A stretch of DNA of 34,671 nt from Malassezia furfur (GCA_052055015.1 JBQJIT010000076.1), one strand, 5' to 3'. Counted from the stretch's first letter, positions 22,088-33,641 are shown. The notes: generated by a model not told the origin, from the sequence alone. Translations and numbers: made by a program.

Positions 22088-23725
22088 TTATTTAGCCACT
22101 TTATCGAGCAATACCGCCAAAATGAGGAAGAGCAAGGCGAGTCGCTTCAAGTTAGGTGCCACCAACTTCAGAGTCTGTTACGTTAGATCTTCTGGCAAAT
22201 TAAACAAGTAACTTACTGATCTTTTGATCGGTGCGTCAATCGAAGTCGCCGAACGGGTCGGGTTCTTCGGGCGGCCAAAGAGCATCCATTTGCCCAGTAT
22301 CAGTTGGAAGAGGGACAATTTGGTCGTCGTGTACGGCGGATACCGCATCGCCATAATCTTCTCGACCAGATTACCAACAATGCCCGAGGCAGGAGCATCC
22401 ACATATGCTCGCTCGTGAGAAAAGCAGACAAAGCCTTTCTTGCCATGGTATGAGCCATAGCCTGCAGGGCCAGTACCACCAAACGGCAGGTCGTTAATCA
22501 CGAAGTGCAGCAGCATGTCGCCACGCATGGCAGCTCCGCTACGCGTATACCGTAAAATGTAGTCCTTTGTTGCATCCGACTTGGTGAACATATACAGCGC
22601 CAGTGGCTGGTCATTCGCATTCACAAAGTCGACCGCCTCACGAATGTGATCATATGGTACCAATGGCAAAACTGGCCCAAAGATTTCTTCCGACATGGTC
22701 GAGTCAGAACCGTCGACATCTTTGACAACGGTTATCGGCAAGAATTTCGTCGCCTCGTCTGCATCCTTGGTGCCTCCGAACACAACAGTACCTTGCGTCT
22801 TTTCCATGAGAGAATAAACGCGCTTCCAGTGGCGGTCATTGACGATACGACCGAGATCTTTGACATTCTTGTCCATTGTCGGCCAGCGCTCCTTGGCAGC
22901 TTTAATGATTTCAGTCACAAATTTGTCTTGCACCGATCGCTCGATGAGAACATAGTCCGGAGCAATACAGGTCTGTCCGGTGTTGAACGATTTTGCCCAG
23001 AGGACACGCTTTGCTGCGATGCTCAGGTCTGCCGAGCTGTCGATGATCACCGGTGATTTTCCGCCCAGCTCTAAGGTCGTGGGGCAAAGCCATTTGGCCG
23101 CCTTTTCTGCAATGATGCGGCCTACTGTGCCATTTCCCGTGTAGAAGATATGCTCAAAACGCTGTTCAAGCAACGCAGTTGATTCCTCAATACCTCCATT
23201 TACCACTCGTGTCATTTCAGGGTCCAAATACTTGGGCCAAAGGTCCGCAATAAGTTGTGCCGTGTGCGGGGCAAGCTCGGATGGCTTCAATACCACCGTA
23301 TTACCAGCGGCAATGGCACCCACAACAGGGCCCAACTGCACTGCCATAGGATAATTCCATGCGCCAATGATCAGAACAGTGCCCTGCGGGTCCTTGAGAA
23401 CCTGCTTCTTGTGAAGCATGTAGGCAGCCCCCCCGGAAACAGACTTAGGCTTCGCCCACTTCGACAGGTTGTTGATGGCATCAATAATCTCGTTCTTTAC
23501 TGTAATAATCTCGCCGAAGCCCGTCTCCATCGGCGGACGCCCAAGGTCTTGCATAATTGCCTTGGTGAAATCCGCTTCATGGTCCGCGATGAGAAATGCG
23601 AATTGTTTCAGCTGGTTCTTCCGATACTCCAAGCTGCGTGTTTTTCCTGTCAAAAAAGACGAACGCAGCCCTTCGACGATCTTAGGGATGTCTCCCACAG
23701 GCGTATTCTTCACAACCGAGCTCAT
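22088..23725 (-). CDS. ALDH3-family fatty aldehyde dehydrogenase (Hfd1/FALDH-like); exon 1 is 23725-22217, last exon is either 22174-22088 (tail anchor, 531 aa) or 22191-22183 (-SKI, 505 aa)
   Basis: IIGAWNYP, KPSE, FYTGNGTVG, LELGGKSP, GQTCIAPDY (catalytic Cys), EEIFGP, PFGG. Donor GTAAGT at 22216 with two branch/acceptor units. Confidence 0.9.
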
Positions 23726-24304
23726 GTTCAACGGAGATCGAAGCGTAGTGTACGAACCCCCGGATCCCCACACAAAATGAGCCCAAGGACTATTGGTTGC
23801 GGCTCGCTACAGGCCACGTGGAGGTCTCTTTCACGCGAATTACGGCCGTGCTCAAGCAGCACAGGGCGATGCACGGACGAAAAGTTTGCGTAGGCAGGCA
23901 CGGGGTACCGCCTGCAGGTGTGACATACGAATCCTTTCGACCCAGAGAAGCTAGATTTAACTATATGCGGATGCGTAATCGGCAAGAACAATGAAAGTAT
24001 AGCGGTAGCTGGTTTTCATGCCGAAGAAAATATCCTGTAAAGCAGTCCCAGGTGAGCGTGTTCAAGTGAACACTATATGTTAAGCTCTATACGAATTTGG
24101 AAAGTGTTACAATTGTCTGTTCCTACTTTTCAATCCCTGTCGATACCGAGTGTTGGCAGAGAGGCATTGAGCGAGTAGGAGAAAAACTGTTCCTATTCAA
24201 AAGTAGAAAACATAAAGTGAACACCCGCAGTTCACTCCACGTTTAGGTAACTACAATGTCGGGTGGGTATGACGTTGATTTCATCATGGGTCCAATGAAC
24301 GGCA

Positions 24305-25311
24305 TCAAGCGGTGGCGTTCGACACCTCGGCAGGCTCCTCCGTGTTCGCAGGTTTCTCCGTCGACGCGGACTCCTCGGGCTGTAGCGCGACCGAAATTGC
24401 GATCGTACGGCCGTGCACTTCTTTGCCATTGTTTTCCGCCAGCGCCTTTTGCTGCGCCTCTTCGTTGGGGAACTCGACGAAAGCAAAGCCGCGCGAGTGT
24501 TTAGGCTGCTGACGGTGGTAGACAATGTTGGCACTGATCGCAGGGTACGCCGAAAAGAGCTCCATCAGATCCTCGTTCTTCACCGAGTACGAGAGATGCG
24601 AAACAAAAAGCAAAGTCTTGCTCGGCACTCCCTGTGCCTCCTTCGCCTTTTTAGGTGCCTTGGGCTTTTTCGCACGGCCGTTGTTGGCCTTGGCCGGCGC
24701 ATTAGGCTGCGCAGAGACATCGATTTCGGTTGCCCTGGCGTCCTCAGGTTGGGCAGATGGCACCGGTGCCTCAGGAAGAGCCGACGTGCCTTCCTCACCC
24801 ACATCTTCGCGAGGCTGACGCGTCAAGTTCTGACCACGGGTCGAAGTCGCACGACCGCTCGCGCGGCCACGACCACGCGTAGCAGTGCGCGGGTTGGTAC
24901 GTTTGGGGGAACGACCAAACAGTTCCACAGAGAGCGTCGTATCTTCCAACTTCGTGTTAGCAAGCGATTCGACGGCCTTTTGGGCGACCTCGTGTGACTT
25001 GTAGGCTGCGACGGCGGAGATTTGTGACCGGTTCTCCCGCACAGTGATACGCAGTTCCGAGCTGCTGGTCAGCGATATAAATACGTACATAGGCCCTGTG
25101 CTCTCCAGCAAGGACTTCAAGTCAGCCAGGCGAGCGGCGATAGGGATGTTATCAACATAGACCTGCGATACGTGTTAGAATCCAGCTTGATTCCGGGCAT
25201 GCTACGAACCTTGTTTGTACCCGTCGCAGGCGTAGACTCCGGCACAGGAGTCACCACAGCTTCCACTGGGGCATCAGTGACGGAAATGACTTCTGCGTTT
25301 GTAGCTGCCAT
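24305..25311 (-). CDS. Two-RRM RNA/ssDNA-binding protein with an RG-rich linker (Sbp1/Tcg1-like), about 310 aa; exons 25311-25210, 25162-25089, 25061(or 25064)-24305
   Basis: RRM1 VYVDNIP..., linker TRGRGRASGR, RRM2 PSKTLLFVSHLSYSV..SRGFAFVEF..NGKEVHGRTI. Introns of 47 nt and 27/24 nt (CAGCAG tandem acceptor). Confidence 0.75.
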
Positions 25312-25451
25312 GCTGATCGAAGGTAAACGGAATGCAAAGGATCACTAAATGAACGAAGAACCGGAACGCCTTTCCAACTGGGGTTCAAGTATTCGCGCAT
25401 CCACACTGCATGTTGCGCCCCGTATCCCTCTGCCTAGTAGGTCCCCAGTGA

Positions 25452-25786
25452 CACGTGCGGTACACGTGCCCACTGTACGTCACCATACCAGAATGACGTC
25501 ATAATTGTTATAGCCGCGCCAAGCTTGTGGCGAATGTGGCGTTGTGGGCTGCCCCAGGGGCACCCACCGATTGACTACGTTTCCATTGCGGAACCGCGAC
25601 GGTGTATTGCACGACACTCCCGTTGACATTCGTCCTTCTGCATACTGTCGTCTGTAAGCTAATCTCGGGCTGGTAAACGAAAAGCCAACCCTGGTGCATT
25701 TCTTCGCGACCCGTGTGTGTGCCCCGCACCTCAATTAACTTTGATCAAACACGCTCGAAGCGAACAGTGTTGACCATCTGACGTCA
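25452..25786. promoter_or_regulatory. CRE and E-box cluster in the RRM / bZIP divergent promoter
   Basis: CACGTG at 25452 and 25463, TACGTCA at 25476, ATGACGTCAT at 25493-25502, TGACGTCA at 25779-25786. Confidence 0.6.
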
Positions 25787-25888
25787 CCACTTAGTCTTTT
25801 GCGCATCTCACTAGGCACTCCTCTCGCGAGGTGGACCGTGCGCTTGTTCGTCCTGCTTGTCCTTTGATCCATTTGTCTCTGTGACCCG

Positions 25889-27328
25889 ATGCAGCACTTT
25901 AGCGACGATCACGCGCATCGCTCATCTGCAGCTCCCACCACGAATTCGATTAAGGATGCTCAACACACACGCAATGGGTCCGGCTCACGCGTCGATGGGA
26001 ACACAGGCATGGATGGGCCAAAGGCATCCTGGTCATCTGGCAATGGCAAGGACAGTCGGAGTATGGCGCAACCGTCGAGCCCACCGAGTTTGACGTCACG
26101 GTTCAACGCACTGTCGTCGCCCCCCAGAGGGAAGGACCTACAGGCATCCCCTATGCTCACATCCGGACCTGGGCCGACGCCTTCTTCACAGCCTCCTGTG
26201 GCTACTTCGTTCACCGACACGGCGCCGATGCCTCTAAGCGGGACAACATCTTCCATGACGCCTGCGCCCTTCTCGCAGCCGCCAACATCTGGTTCTCTGT
26301 TCTCGTTGTCCGTACCCACCAATATTGCCGAGATCATGGGGTCAGGGAACATGAACAACGGACTGTCTACGGGCCCGTTCCTTTCACCGCTACCTAGCGG
26401 CGCGACTGCCCAAGCCGCTGGTAATGGCCAAGTTGGACCGTCTAGCGGACGCGCTCCATCACCGAGCGCTTCACGCCCACAGTCTCCCGGCGATGATCGC
26501 CACAATATACACGGAGGGAAAGATCATCGTGGCGTAGGGGAGATTGGCGCAGCGTCGGGGTTATTTATGCTGAGTCAAAGTCAGCAGGAAAGCAAACCCC
26601 AGCTGGACGACAAGGCCAGCGAGGCGCCGAAGCGCAGCCGTAAGGCACCGGATGACGATCCTGCATCCGCACCGCAAACCAAGGCGCAGGTGCTGGATCA
26701 TGAATCTGACCACGACACCAGGCGCGACACAAGCAAGGCAAGCGAGAAGGACGAGAACCAGTCGGACGAGACCGACAATGATTCGAAGCGCAAGAGCTTC
26801 CTGGAGCGGAATCGGCAGGCTGCCTACAAATGCCGCCAGCGTAAAAAAGCGTGGCTTGCCTCGCTGCAGGCTAAAGTGGAATACCTGCAATCGGACAACG
26901 AATCGTTGCAAAGCACCGTTGAGGCGTTACGTGCCGAGGTACTCTTCCTCAAATCCCAGCTAATGCAGCACCACCAACACGAGTCATCCTCTATGAGCGG
27001 CGAGCGCAAAGAGCCGCCGTCCGAGCAGGGCCGCGGACTCCCGACGTCATACCCGCCGATGAATATCAACGTCACCAACGGATTTGTCGGTTACCCTACG
27101 CCGGCGAACAGCTCCATAATGCCCAACATGCCAAATGCAGGGCAAGTACCTGCCCACTCCTCGGCTCCAAGCATGACGTCTGGCGTGGACAACCCCATGA
27201 CGAATTCGCTGTCTGCCTATGCGGCGCACGGCATGCCGCGCATGACGCAGCTCCCTGCGTCGCAGCCAATTCTTTCCTCCTACGCTCATTCTCCCTCCAA
27301 TTACCCCCAGGAACGCGATGCCGACTAG
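25889..27328 (+). CDS. ATF/CREB-family bZIP transcription factor (Atf1/AtfA-like), 479 aa
   Basis: Basic region KRKSFLERNRQAAYKCRQRKKAWL plus a leucine zipper, an AASGLFMLSQ motif reminiscent of Atf1 proteins, and many SP/TP sites. Confidence 0.85.
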   Translation: MQHFSDDHAHRSSAAPTTNSIKDAQHTRNGSGSRVDGNTGMDGPKASWSSGNGKDSRSMAQPSSPPSLTSRFNALSSPPRGKDLQASPMLTSGPGPTPSSQPPVATSFTDTAPMPLSGTTSSMTPAPFSQPPTSGSLFSLSVPTNIAEIMGSGNMNNGLSTGPFLSPLPSGATAQAAGNGQVGPSSGRAPSPSASRPQSPGDDRHNIHGGKDHRGVGEIGAASGLFMLSQSQQESKPQLDDKASEAPKRSRKAPDDDPASAPQTKAQVLDHESDHDTRRDTSKASEKDENQSDETDNDSKRKSFLERNRQAAYKCRQRKKAWLASLQAKVEYLQSDNESLQSTVEALRAEVLFLKSQLMQHHQHESSSMSGERKEPPSEQGRGLPTSYPPMNINVTNGFVGYPTPANSSIMPNMPNAGQVPAHSSAPSMTSGVDNPMTNSLSAYAAHGMPRMTQLPASQPILSSYAHSPSNYPQERDAD

Positions 27329-27444
27329 CCGCCCATAACGACCTTTGTAGTATGGATCCATTTCTTCTCCCTATCAATCAATCGTACCAGAAACGAAACC
27401 AGTTAATAAAATAAAAACTACGTTCCGCAGAGCGTCGTGACCGC

Positions 27445-30189
27445 CTAGTCCAGGGTATCGGGTTCGATCAGATGCTCGTCGAGGTCATCCTCGTCCATCA
27501 GGTCCTCGTCGCCCTCCCCCGCGGGCACCGACGGCTCGTGGTTCGGCTTAACGAGCAGCGCATTGCGGTGCGGGTCAAACGTCACGTGGATCTCGGCGTC
27601 GTCGTTGTGGATCTCACCGCGCAGCAAGAGCAAGCTGAGCGGGTGCAGCAACTGCTCCTGGATCGCACGGCCCAGTGGACGTGCACCCATGGTCGGCGAG
27701 TAGCCCACGCTGCCGAGCCATTCCTTCGCCGACTCGTCCACCACCAGGCGCGAGCGGCGGCCATTGTCGCGCAAGCGCGCCTGGAGCTCCTTGAGGCGGA
27801 TGTCCACAATGCGGCGCACGTCGGTACGTGCGAGCTTGCGGAAGGTGACGATACTGTCAATGCGGTTGATGAACTCGGGCGGGAAGTGTGCCGCAATCGC
27901 GCTCTGAACCAACTCGCGCACCTGTGGCGTAAGCTCCTCGTCTTGCGACTCGTTGATGAAGCTCGAGCCGAGGTTGCTCGTCATGATAATGATCGTGTTG
28001 CGGAACGACACCTGGCGGCCCTGGCTGTCTTGCAGGCGACCCTCGTCGAGCACCTGGAGGAAAAGCTGCACAAACTCGCGCGCGGCCTTCTCGATCTCGT
28101 CGATGAGCACAATCGAGAAGGGACGGCGCCGCACGGCCTCGGTTAGCACACCGCCCTCATCAAAGCCAACGTAGCCGGGCGGCGCACCCACGAGGCGCGA
28201 GATGCTGTGCTTCTCAGAATACTCGCTCGCGTCGATGCGCACCATCGCATCAGGGTCGTCAAACATGTACGTCGCCAGCGACTTGCTCATGAGCGTCTTG
28301 CCGGTGCCCGATGGACCACAGAACAAGAAGCTCGCAATCGGGCGCGACTGGTTCGACAGACCACTGCGCGACAGGCGGATGGCCTGCGCCACCGCACGCA
28401 CCGCATCATCCTGCCCGACCACCTCGCGCTGCAGGATCTTCTCGAGCTTGAGCAACTTGGTACGCTCGCTCTCGAGCATGCGCGACACGGGAATGCCCGT
28501 CCAGCGGCTCACGACTGCAGCGATGCTGTCGTTCGTCACCGAGTTGGTCGTGTTCGTGCGGCCCTCTTCCTCGTCGCGGCGCTCCTGTTCTTGGAGCGTC
28601 TCGAGGCGCTTCTCGAGGTCGGGGATGGCATAGTAGGTTAGGTCACTTGCCGTTGCCAGGTCGTAGCGACGCTCCGCCTCGGCCGCCTTGGCACGCAGCT
28701 CATCAATCTTGCGCCGCACGCTGTTCACTTCGTCGCCCTTGGCTTTTTGCGCTTCAAACTCGGCCTTGAGCGGCGCCAGCTCGTCGTCGAGGTGTGCGAG
28801 CTCGCGCTTCGTCTCGGCCAGACGCTCCTTGCTCTGCGGATCCTTTTCGCGCTCAAGCGCGTGCGTGGCAATCTCCAGACGCAGCTTGCGGCGCTCGAGG
28901 TTGTCAATCGCTTCGGGCACCGTCTCGCGCGACACAGCGACATCGGCACAGCTCTCGTCAACCAGGTCAATCGCCGCATCGGGCAGCTTGCGCGCGGTGA
29001 GGTATCGCTTTGCCAGCTGCGCAGCGGACACGAGCGCACCATCCATGATGCGTACACCATGGTGCACCTCGTACTTCTCGCGGATGCCACGCAGGATGGC
29101 GATCGTGTCCTCCACGGTCGGCTCCTCCACGAGCACCTGCTGGAAGCGGCGCTCCAGCGCCGCATCCTTCTCGATCGAGGTGCGGTATTCGTTCAAAGTC
29201 GTGGCGCCAATGCAGCGCAGCTTACCACGGGCGAGCATGGGCTTGAGCAGGTTGGCAGCGTCCATGCCCGAGTCGCCGCCCTTGCCGGCCATCATGAGGT
29301 GCATCTCATCAATGAACAAGATGCACGGCGTGCCGTCATTGGTCATCTTCTCAATGTCCGCCAGTACCGACTTGACACGCTCCTCGTATTCACCCTTGTA
29401 CTTGGCACCGGCCATGAGCGCACCCATGTCCAGCGCGAAAATCTTGCCGAGCAGATTCGGCGGCACGTCGCGGTTCACGACGCGCTGTGCGAGACCCTCG
29501 ACTACCGCCGTCTTACCCACACCGGGGCTACCGATCAGCACCGCGTTGTTCTTGGTGCGGCGCGACAGCACACGCACCACACGGCGGATTTCGTTGTCAC
29601 GACCAATCACGGGGTCCAGCTTGTTCTCCGCAGCAAGCTCCGTGAGGTCCGTGCAGTACTTGCTGAGCGCATCGTAGCCCGCCTCGGCCGTCTTGGAGTC
29701 GATGTGACGGCCACCACGCGCTTGGTTGATGGCGTTGCGCATCAGCTCTGTGTTTGCCAGGCCGCACTCCTTCAGCATCTTTTCGATTTGCGAGTCATCT
29801 AGCAGCGCAAGAAGAATGTGGTCCTGCGCGATGAACGAGTCCCGCTGCGTCTTTTGGTAGTGCTGTGCCTGCTTCATCACCTTGCTTGCGGCACCCGACA
29901 ATGTCACGTCATCGGGCGCAGGCGACTGCTGCGGGATCTTGGCAAGGGCCTGGCGGAGCTTGTTGGCCAGTTCATTGTGGTTGACCCCGGTCTTTTCACA
30001 CAGGCTCTTGAACAACGACTGCGAGTCCTTGTTGGTGCTTTGGACGCCCGTCGAGTTCGACGTATCGTCGTTCAGCAGCGCGAGCGCAATGTGTAGGGGG
30101 GAGAGTTGGGGATTTGCGTAATCCTTAGCCAGCTGGAAAGCATTTCCCAGCGATGTCTGTGCACGATCTGTGAAGTCAAGACCAGACAT
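27445..30189 (-). CDS. HSP104: ClpB-family AAA+ disaggregase Hsp104, 914 aa, intronless
   Basis: Clp-N domain, NBD1 [29 protein letters not shown], coiled-coil M domain, NBD2 [18 protein letters not shown], acidic tail ending TLD. No mitochondrial presequence. Confidence 0.96.
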   Translation of the reverse strand: MSGLDFTDRAQTSLGNAFQLAKDYANPQLSPLHIALALLNDDTSNSTGVQSTNKDSQSLFKSLCEKTGVNHNELANKLRQALAKIPQQSPAPDDVTLSGAASKVMKQAQHYQKTQRDSFIAQDHILLALLDDSQIEKMLKECGLANTELMRNAINQARGGRHIDSKTAEAGYDALSKYCTDLTELAAENKLDPVIGRDNEIRRVVRVLSRRTKNNAVLIGSPGVGKTAVVEGLAQRVVNRDVPPNLLGKIFALDMGALMAGAKYKGEYEERVKSVLADIEKMTNDGTPCILFIDEMHLMMAGKGGDSGMDAANLLKPMLARGKLRCIGATTLNEYRTSIEKDAALERRFQQVLVEEPTVEDTIAILRGIREKYEVHHGVRIMDGALVSAAQLAKRYLTARKLPDAAIDLVDESCADVAVSRETVPEAIDNLERRKLRLEIATHALEREKDPQSKERLAETKRELAHLDDELAPLKAEFEAQKAKGDEVNSVRRKIDELRAKAAEAERRYDLATASDLTYYAIPDLEKRLETLQEQERRDEEEGRTNTTNSVTNDSIAAVVSRWTGIPVSRMLESERTKLLKLEKILQREVVGQDDAVRAVAQAIRLSRSGLSNQSRPIASFLFCGPSGTGKTLMSKSLATYMFDDPDAMVRIDASEYSEKHSISRLVGAPPGYVGFDEGGVLTEAVRRRPFSIVLIDEIEKAAREFVQLFLQVLDEGRLQDSQGRQVSFRNTIIIMTSNLGSSFINESQDEELTPQVRELVQSAIAAHFPPEFINRIDSIVTFRKLARTDVRRIVDIRLKELQARLRDNGRRSRLVVDESAKEWLGSVGYSPTMGARPLGRAIQEQLLHPLSLLLLRGEIHNDDAEIHVTFDPHRNALLVKPNHEPSVPAGEGDEDLMDEDDLDEHLIEPDTLD

Positions 30190-30225
30190 GATGTCTGTAG
30201 ATTAGGCTCAACGTGGCGTGTTGCC

Positions 30226-30316
30226 TATATAAATGTCACGGACCGTACCGGGTGGACCGTGCACCCGATTCCGTCCCGCGGCTTCTAGGAACGTCGCCAC
30301 GTTTCTAGAACACGTG
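30226..30316. promoter_or_regulatory. HSP104 promoter: TATA, heat-shock-element units and E-box
   Basis: TATATA about 40 bp upstream of ATG 30189. TTCtaGGA at 30283 and TTCtaGAA at 30303 (20 bp apart, in 5-bp phase). CACGTGAC at 30311. Confidence 0.6.
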
Positions 30317-30344
30317 ACACTGACGCCTCGACCGACGCGCCTGG

Positions 30345-31735
30345 ATGAACGCGCAGCTGCTCAGTGCGTGCGCGCCACTTACCCAGATCCTTTTGCGCGC
30401 GATACGCCGGAGCGCGTAGAATCGACGCTTGATAACGCATACGCAAACTGCCTCGCGTATAGCTCGAAAAAGGGGCTCTTTCCAGGGAGTTACCTCGCGG
30501 TTGGGCGCACTGATGGATTCGTGACTGTGTGGGATGTGGAGACGCGCAACGTGCTGCGCTGGTTCGGGGGGCATGTCAAAACAGTGACAAGCGTGAGCTG
30601 GTCGCCGTACAATCGATACCTTGCGACCTCGTCGCTGGACTGGAACGTGCACATTTTGGACCTCGCTCAAGGTCGCATCGTGCGCTCATTGCACTTTGAC
30701 GCGCCGGTGGTGCAGGTGCTCTTCGCGCCGGACACGAGGTACGCGTCTTGCTGATACAGCTGTCGCATGGTGGTTCTCCTGGACTCACGCGAGGCCGTGC
30801 TGGTGTCGGTCAGCGCCAACGAGCCGACACGCGTGCCGCTGGCGGTGGGTGAAAGTGCAACGGCCGCGTGCTTTACACCATCGGGCGCCTACCTGTTTCT
30901 TGGCACGACCAAGGGAAATGTTCTCATGTTGGATGCCGTGTCAGGCACCATGCAGGGTGAGCCTGTGCCGATCGGTGGCTCATCGGTCCGCCAGCTCGCG
31001 TTCGATGCAACAGGGCGGCACTTGGTCGCTAACTTGAACGACCGCACCTTGCGCACCTTTAGCGTGACTGAAACGCGCGGCAAGCCCTCACCCTATGCGC
31101 TTACGCAGCGATCCAAGTTTCAGGACCTCGTGGGGCGCACACCATGGAGTGGGATCTCATTCAGCGCCGACAGCGAGTACGTCATGGGCGGCGCAGCACA
31201 GGACGCGGGGCATCATATATACCTCTGGGACCGGGACGCGGGCGTCTTGGTCAAAATTCTCGAAGGCCCCCGGGAGCCGCTAATCTCTGCGCAATGGCAT
31301 CCCGTTCAGCCACAGATCGCCTCGATCGCGGCGTCCGGCGACATTTACTTGTGGAAGACGAAGTGGACCGAAATTTGGAGTGCCTATGCGCCCGGGTTCG
31401 AGGAGCTCGAGGAAAACGTCGAGTACGAAGAGCCAGAAGACGAGTTCGACTTGGTAGGTGTCCATTGCTCACCACAGGAGGACGAAAGTGAGCTGAGCCG
31501 CAAAAAGCAGGATGAGGAAGAGGCGGTCGTGAATGTCTTTTCTACAGGCCCTGCCTCGGATGCGTTGGTGCTGCGGAGCATGCAACCCTACGTGCCGCCG
31601 ACGCGCCGCTCCATATGGGCGCCGCGTTTGGGTGGGGACACCCAGGATGTGTCTATGGAGGACGACGATGACCAGTTTACCTTTTTCCTCGCGCCGCTCC
31701 TCGAGCCGGCCGATGCATCCGAGCGCCATGTATAG
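30345..31735 (+). CDS. SWD1: COMPASS subunit Swd1/RBBP5 (WD40), about 440 aa; exons 30345-30363, 30387-30738, 30760-31453, 31478-31735
   Basis: Spliced start MNAQLLNPF..PE, YLAVGRTDG, GHVKTVTSVSWS, KFQDLVGRTPW, LVKILEGPRE, WSAYAPGFEELEENVEYEEPEDEFD. Introns of 23, 21 and 24 nt. Confidence 0.92.
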
Positions 31736-31745
31736 CACTATACCA

Positions 31746-32240
31746 CTAATCATACACTGTGTTGTCAGTCGCACGACGTACCATGCACAATGGCATACCA
31801 GAACGTCCACCACAGCAGGAAACTGAGAATGTTTTCCTGTGCGCCTTGCAGAAGCACCCACAGGCTGAGTTGGCGCGCGCGCTGCGCCGGCGTTGCGGGC
31901 GTGCGCAGCTGGGCCGCCTTAGCAGGCACGAGGCGCTCGCTCGCATCGGTGGTCATCGGCGCACTTCCAAGTACAAAGTAGGCATGCGGCCGCCCCTTAG
32001 CGTTCACCAGAAGCAGCACCGTGTTGAGAAAGACGACTGACAGCACAAAGAAGCCAAAGCCGGCCAGATTTTGGAGTCCCAACACACCGGCGATGGAGCC
32101 GGCGATGGACAAAGTGAGTGATCGGAAACTGAGTGAGACGATTTCACGTACGAGTGCGCCTGGGCCAGGTTGAATCCGACGTTTTCCGCGTTGAACTGCT
32201 GCACCCACGGCGTGGGCTCGGACCGCGCTTGCACCACCAT
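31746..32240 (-). CDS. EMC6: ER membrane protein complex subunit 6, 148 aa; exons 32240-32152, 32128-31782, 31756-31746
   Basis: ENVGFN..FRSLTLSIAGSIAGVLGLQNLAGFGFF and ENILSFLLWWTFWYAIVHVYD* after removing introns of 23 and 25 nt. Confidence 0.9.
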
Positions 32241-32276
32241 CGTCGTTACGGGGTCACGTGCACCACCGCGGTCGGC

Positions 32277-33641
32277 ATGAGCGTCGTGACGCTCGAGGAG
32301 TTCCTGGAGGTGCGTCGGTCGCGGCATTCACGCAGCTCCTGAATGAGGAACAGTACCTTGACCTGGCTAAGTTGCGAAACTATGCCCGACATGGCATCCA
32401 CCCGCAAGTGCGAGGCGTACGTGGCACGACTCACACAGGAAGTCTGGTTGTACCTCCTCGGCGTGCTGTCGGCGGACAAGAGTGCGTTACGTTGCTGACC
32501 GCAGGCCAAGAAATAACGGCAGTGCGCAACAAGTTCCTTGAGTACGAGTCTGTGAGCAAGCGGATACCGGTGATGGAAAAACAGATCCGCACCGAGGTGC
32601 TGCGCTACTACCGCCAACGGCTGCACCCCAAGCTCGGCAATCACCAACGCTTTGGCGTGTCTAGTAGGTGCATTATCTCACGCAGTCATACGTGGTCCGC
32701 GTGCATCGCGATCGAGTATGGAGGACGAGGAGGAGAAACAGACACTCAAGCGCGAGGTGCCCTCCCAGCACCAGCCGACATACCCCCGCATTTTGCCCTC
32801 GACGCAATACGGCGTGCTGACGATGCGATCCAACCCCACGGTGGACGATTCGGAGCTGGTGTACGAGCAGCGCCGGCTCTCTCAGATCGTGGAAAACGTG
32901 CTGTGCGCTTACTTGAACCGGCACATTTTGAATCCGCCGCGCGACGGCGACGACCTGCACAACCCCGCGCCGACCGACCAGCGCGACGAAGAATATGCGG
33001 CGCTGCAGGCCACGATGGAATCGCGCATGCCGCGTGCGTACCAATGGGCGCCGCAAGCGAGTCTGCTGCCCGGTACCAACCTGGGCGACTTTCACCCGTC
33101 GCTGGTGTACCTCTGTGCACCGTTTGCGCAGTGTGTGCGCGCCGAGGCGGGCATCTATTTCGCATTCGAGCGTCTCATGGCGATGATCGAAGACTACAAC
33201 GTAATCCACCCGCTGCCGCAGCGCGTTGCGTCGTTCCTTACGCTGTTCCGTCGGACGTTGCCGGAGCTGCACGCGTATTTCGAGGCGGAAGAGGTGGATC
33301 TGGTAGCTGTCATCACGAGTTGGCTGCAACACCTGCTCGCGCGCGAGATGCAGATGAACGACCTGATGCGGCTCTGGGGTACGTTAGGCCCGCTCACCCA
33401 GACACCTACTTTGCGATGCCCGATCTGCTCGATCTGCACCTCTACGTGTGCCTGGCCATCCTGACCAACTGCAAGGACGCGCTCGAGGAGCTCGATCGGT
33501 CCGAGACCACCGGCATGCTCTTCTCGCTCCCGCCATTGGACGTCGATCGTGTATGTGCGCGCGCTCACACAGATCATTAGCGACGCCATGAACCTGCGCC
33601 TGTCCATTGAGCAGGACGAGCAGGAGCCGCTGTACGAGTAG
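32277..33641 (+). CDS. TBC/RabGAP-domain protein, about 408 aa; 7 exons (32277-32309, 32336-32416, 32439-32481, 32505-32663, 32686-33378, 33402-33550, 33573-33641)
   Basis: LDLAKLRNYARHGIHPQVRG|EVWLYLLGVL, FRRTLPELHAYF, SWLQHLLAREM, MRLWDTYFA, HLYVCLAIL. Six introns of 26, 22, 23, 22, 23 and 22 nt each restore the frame. Confidence 0.85.
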
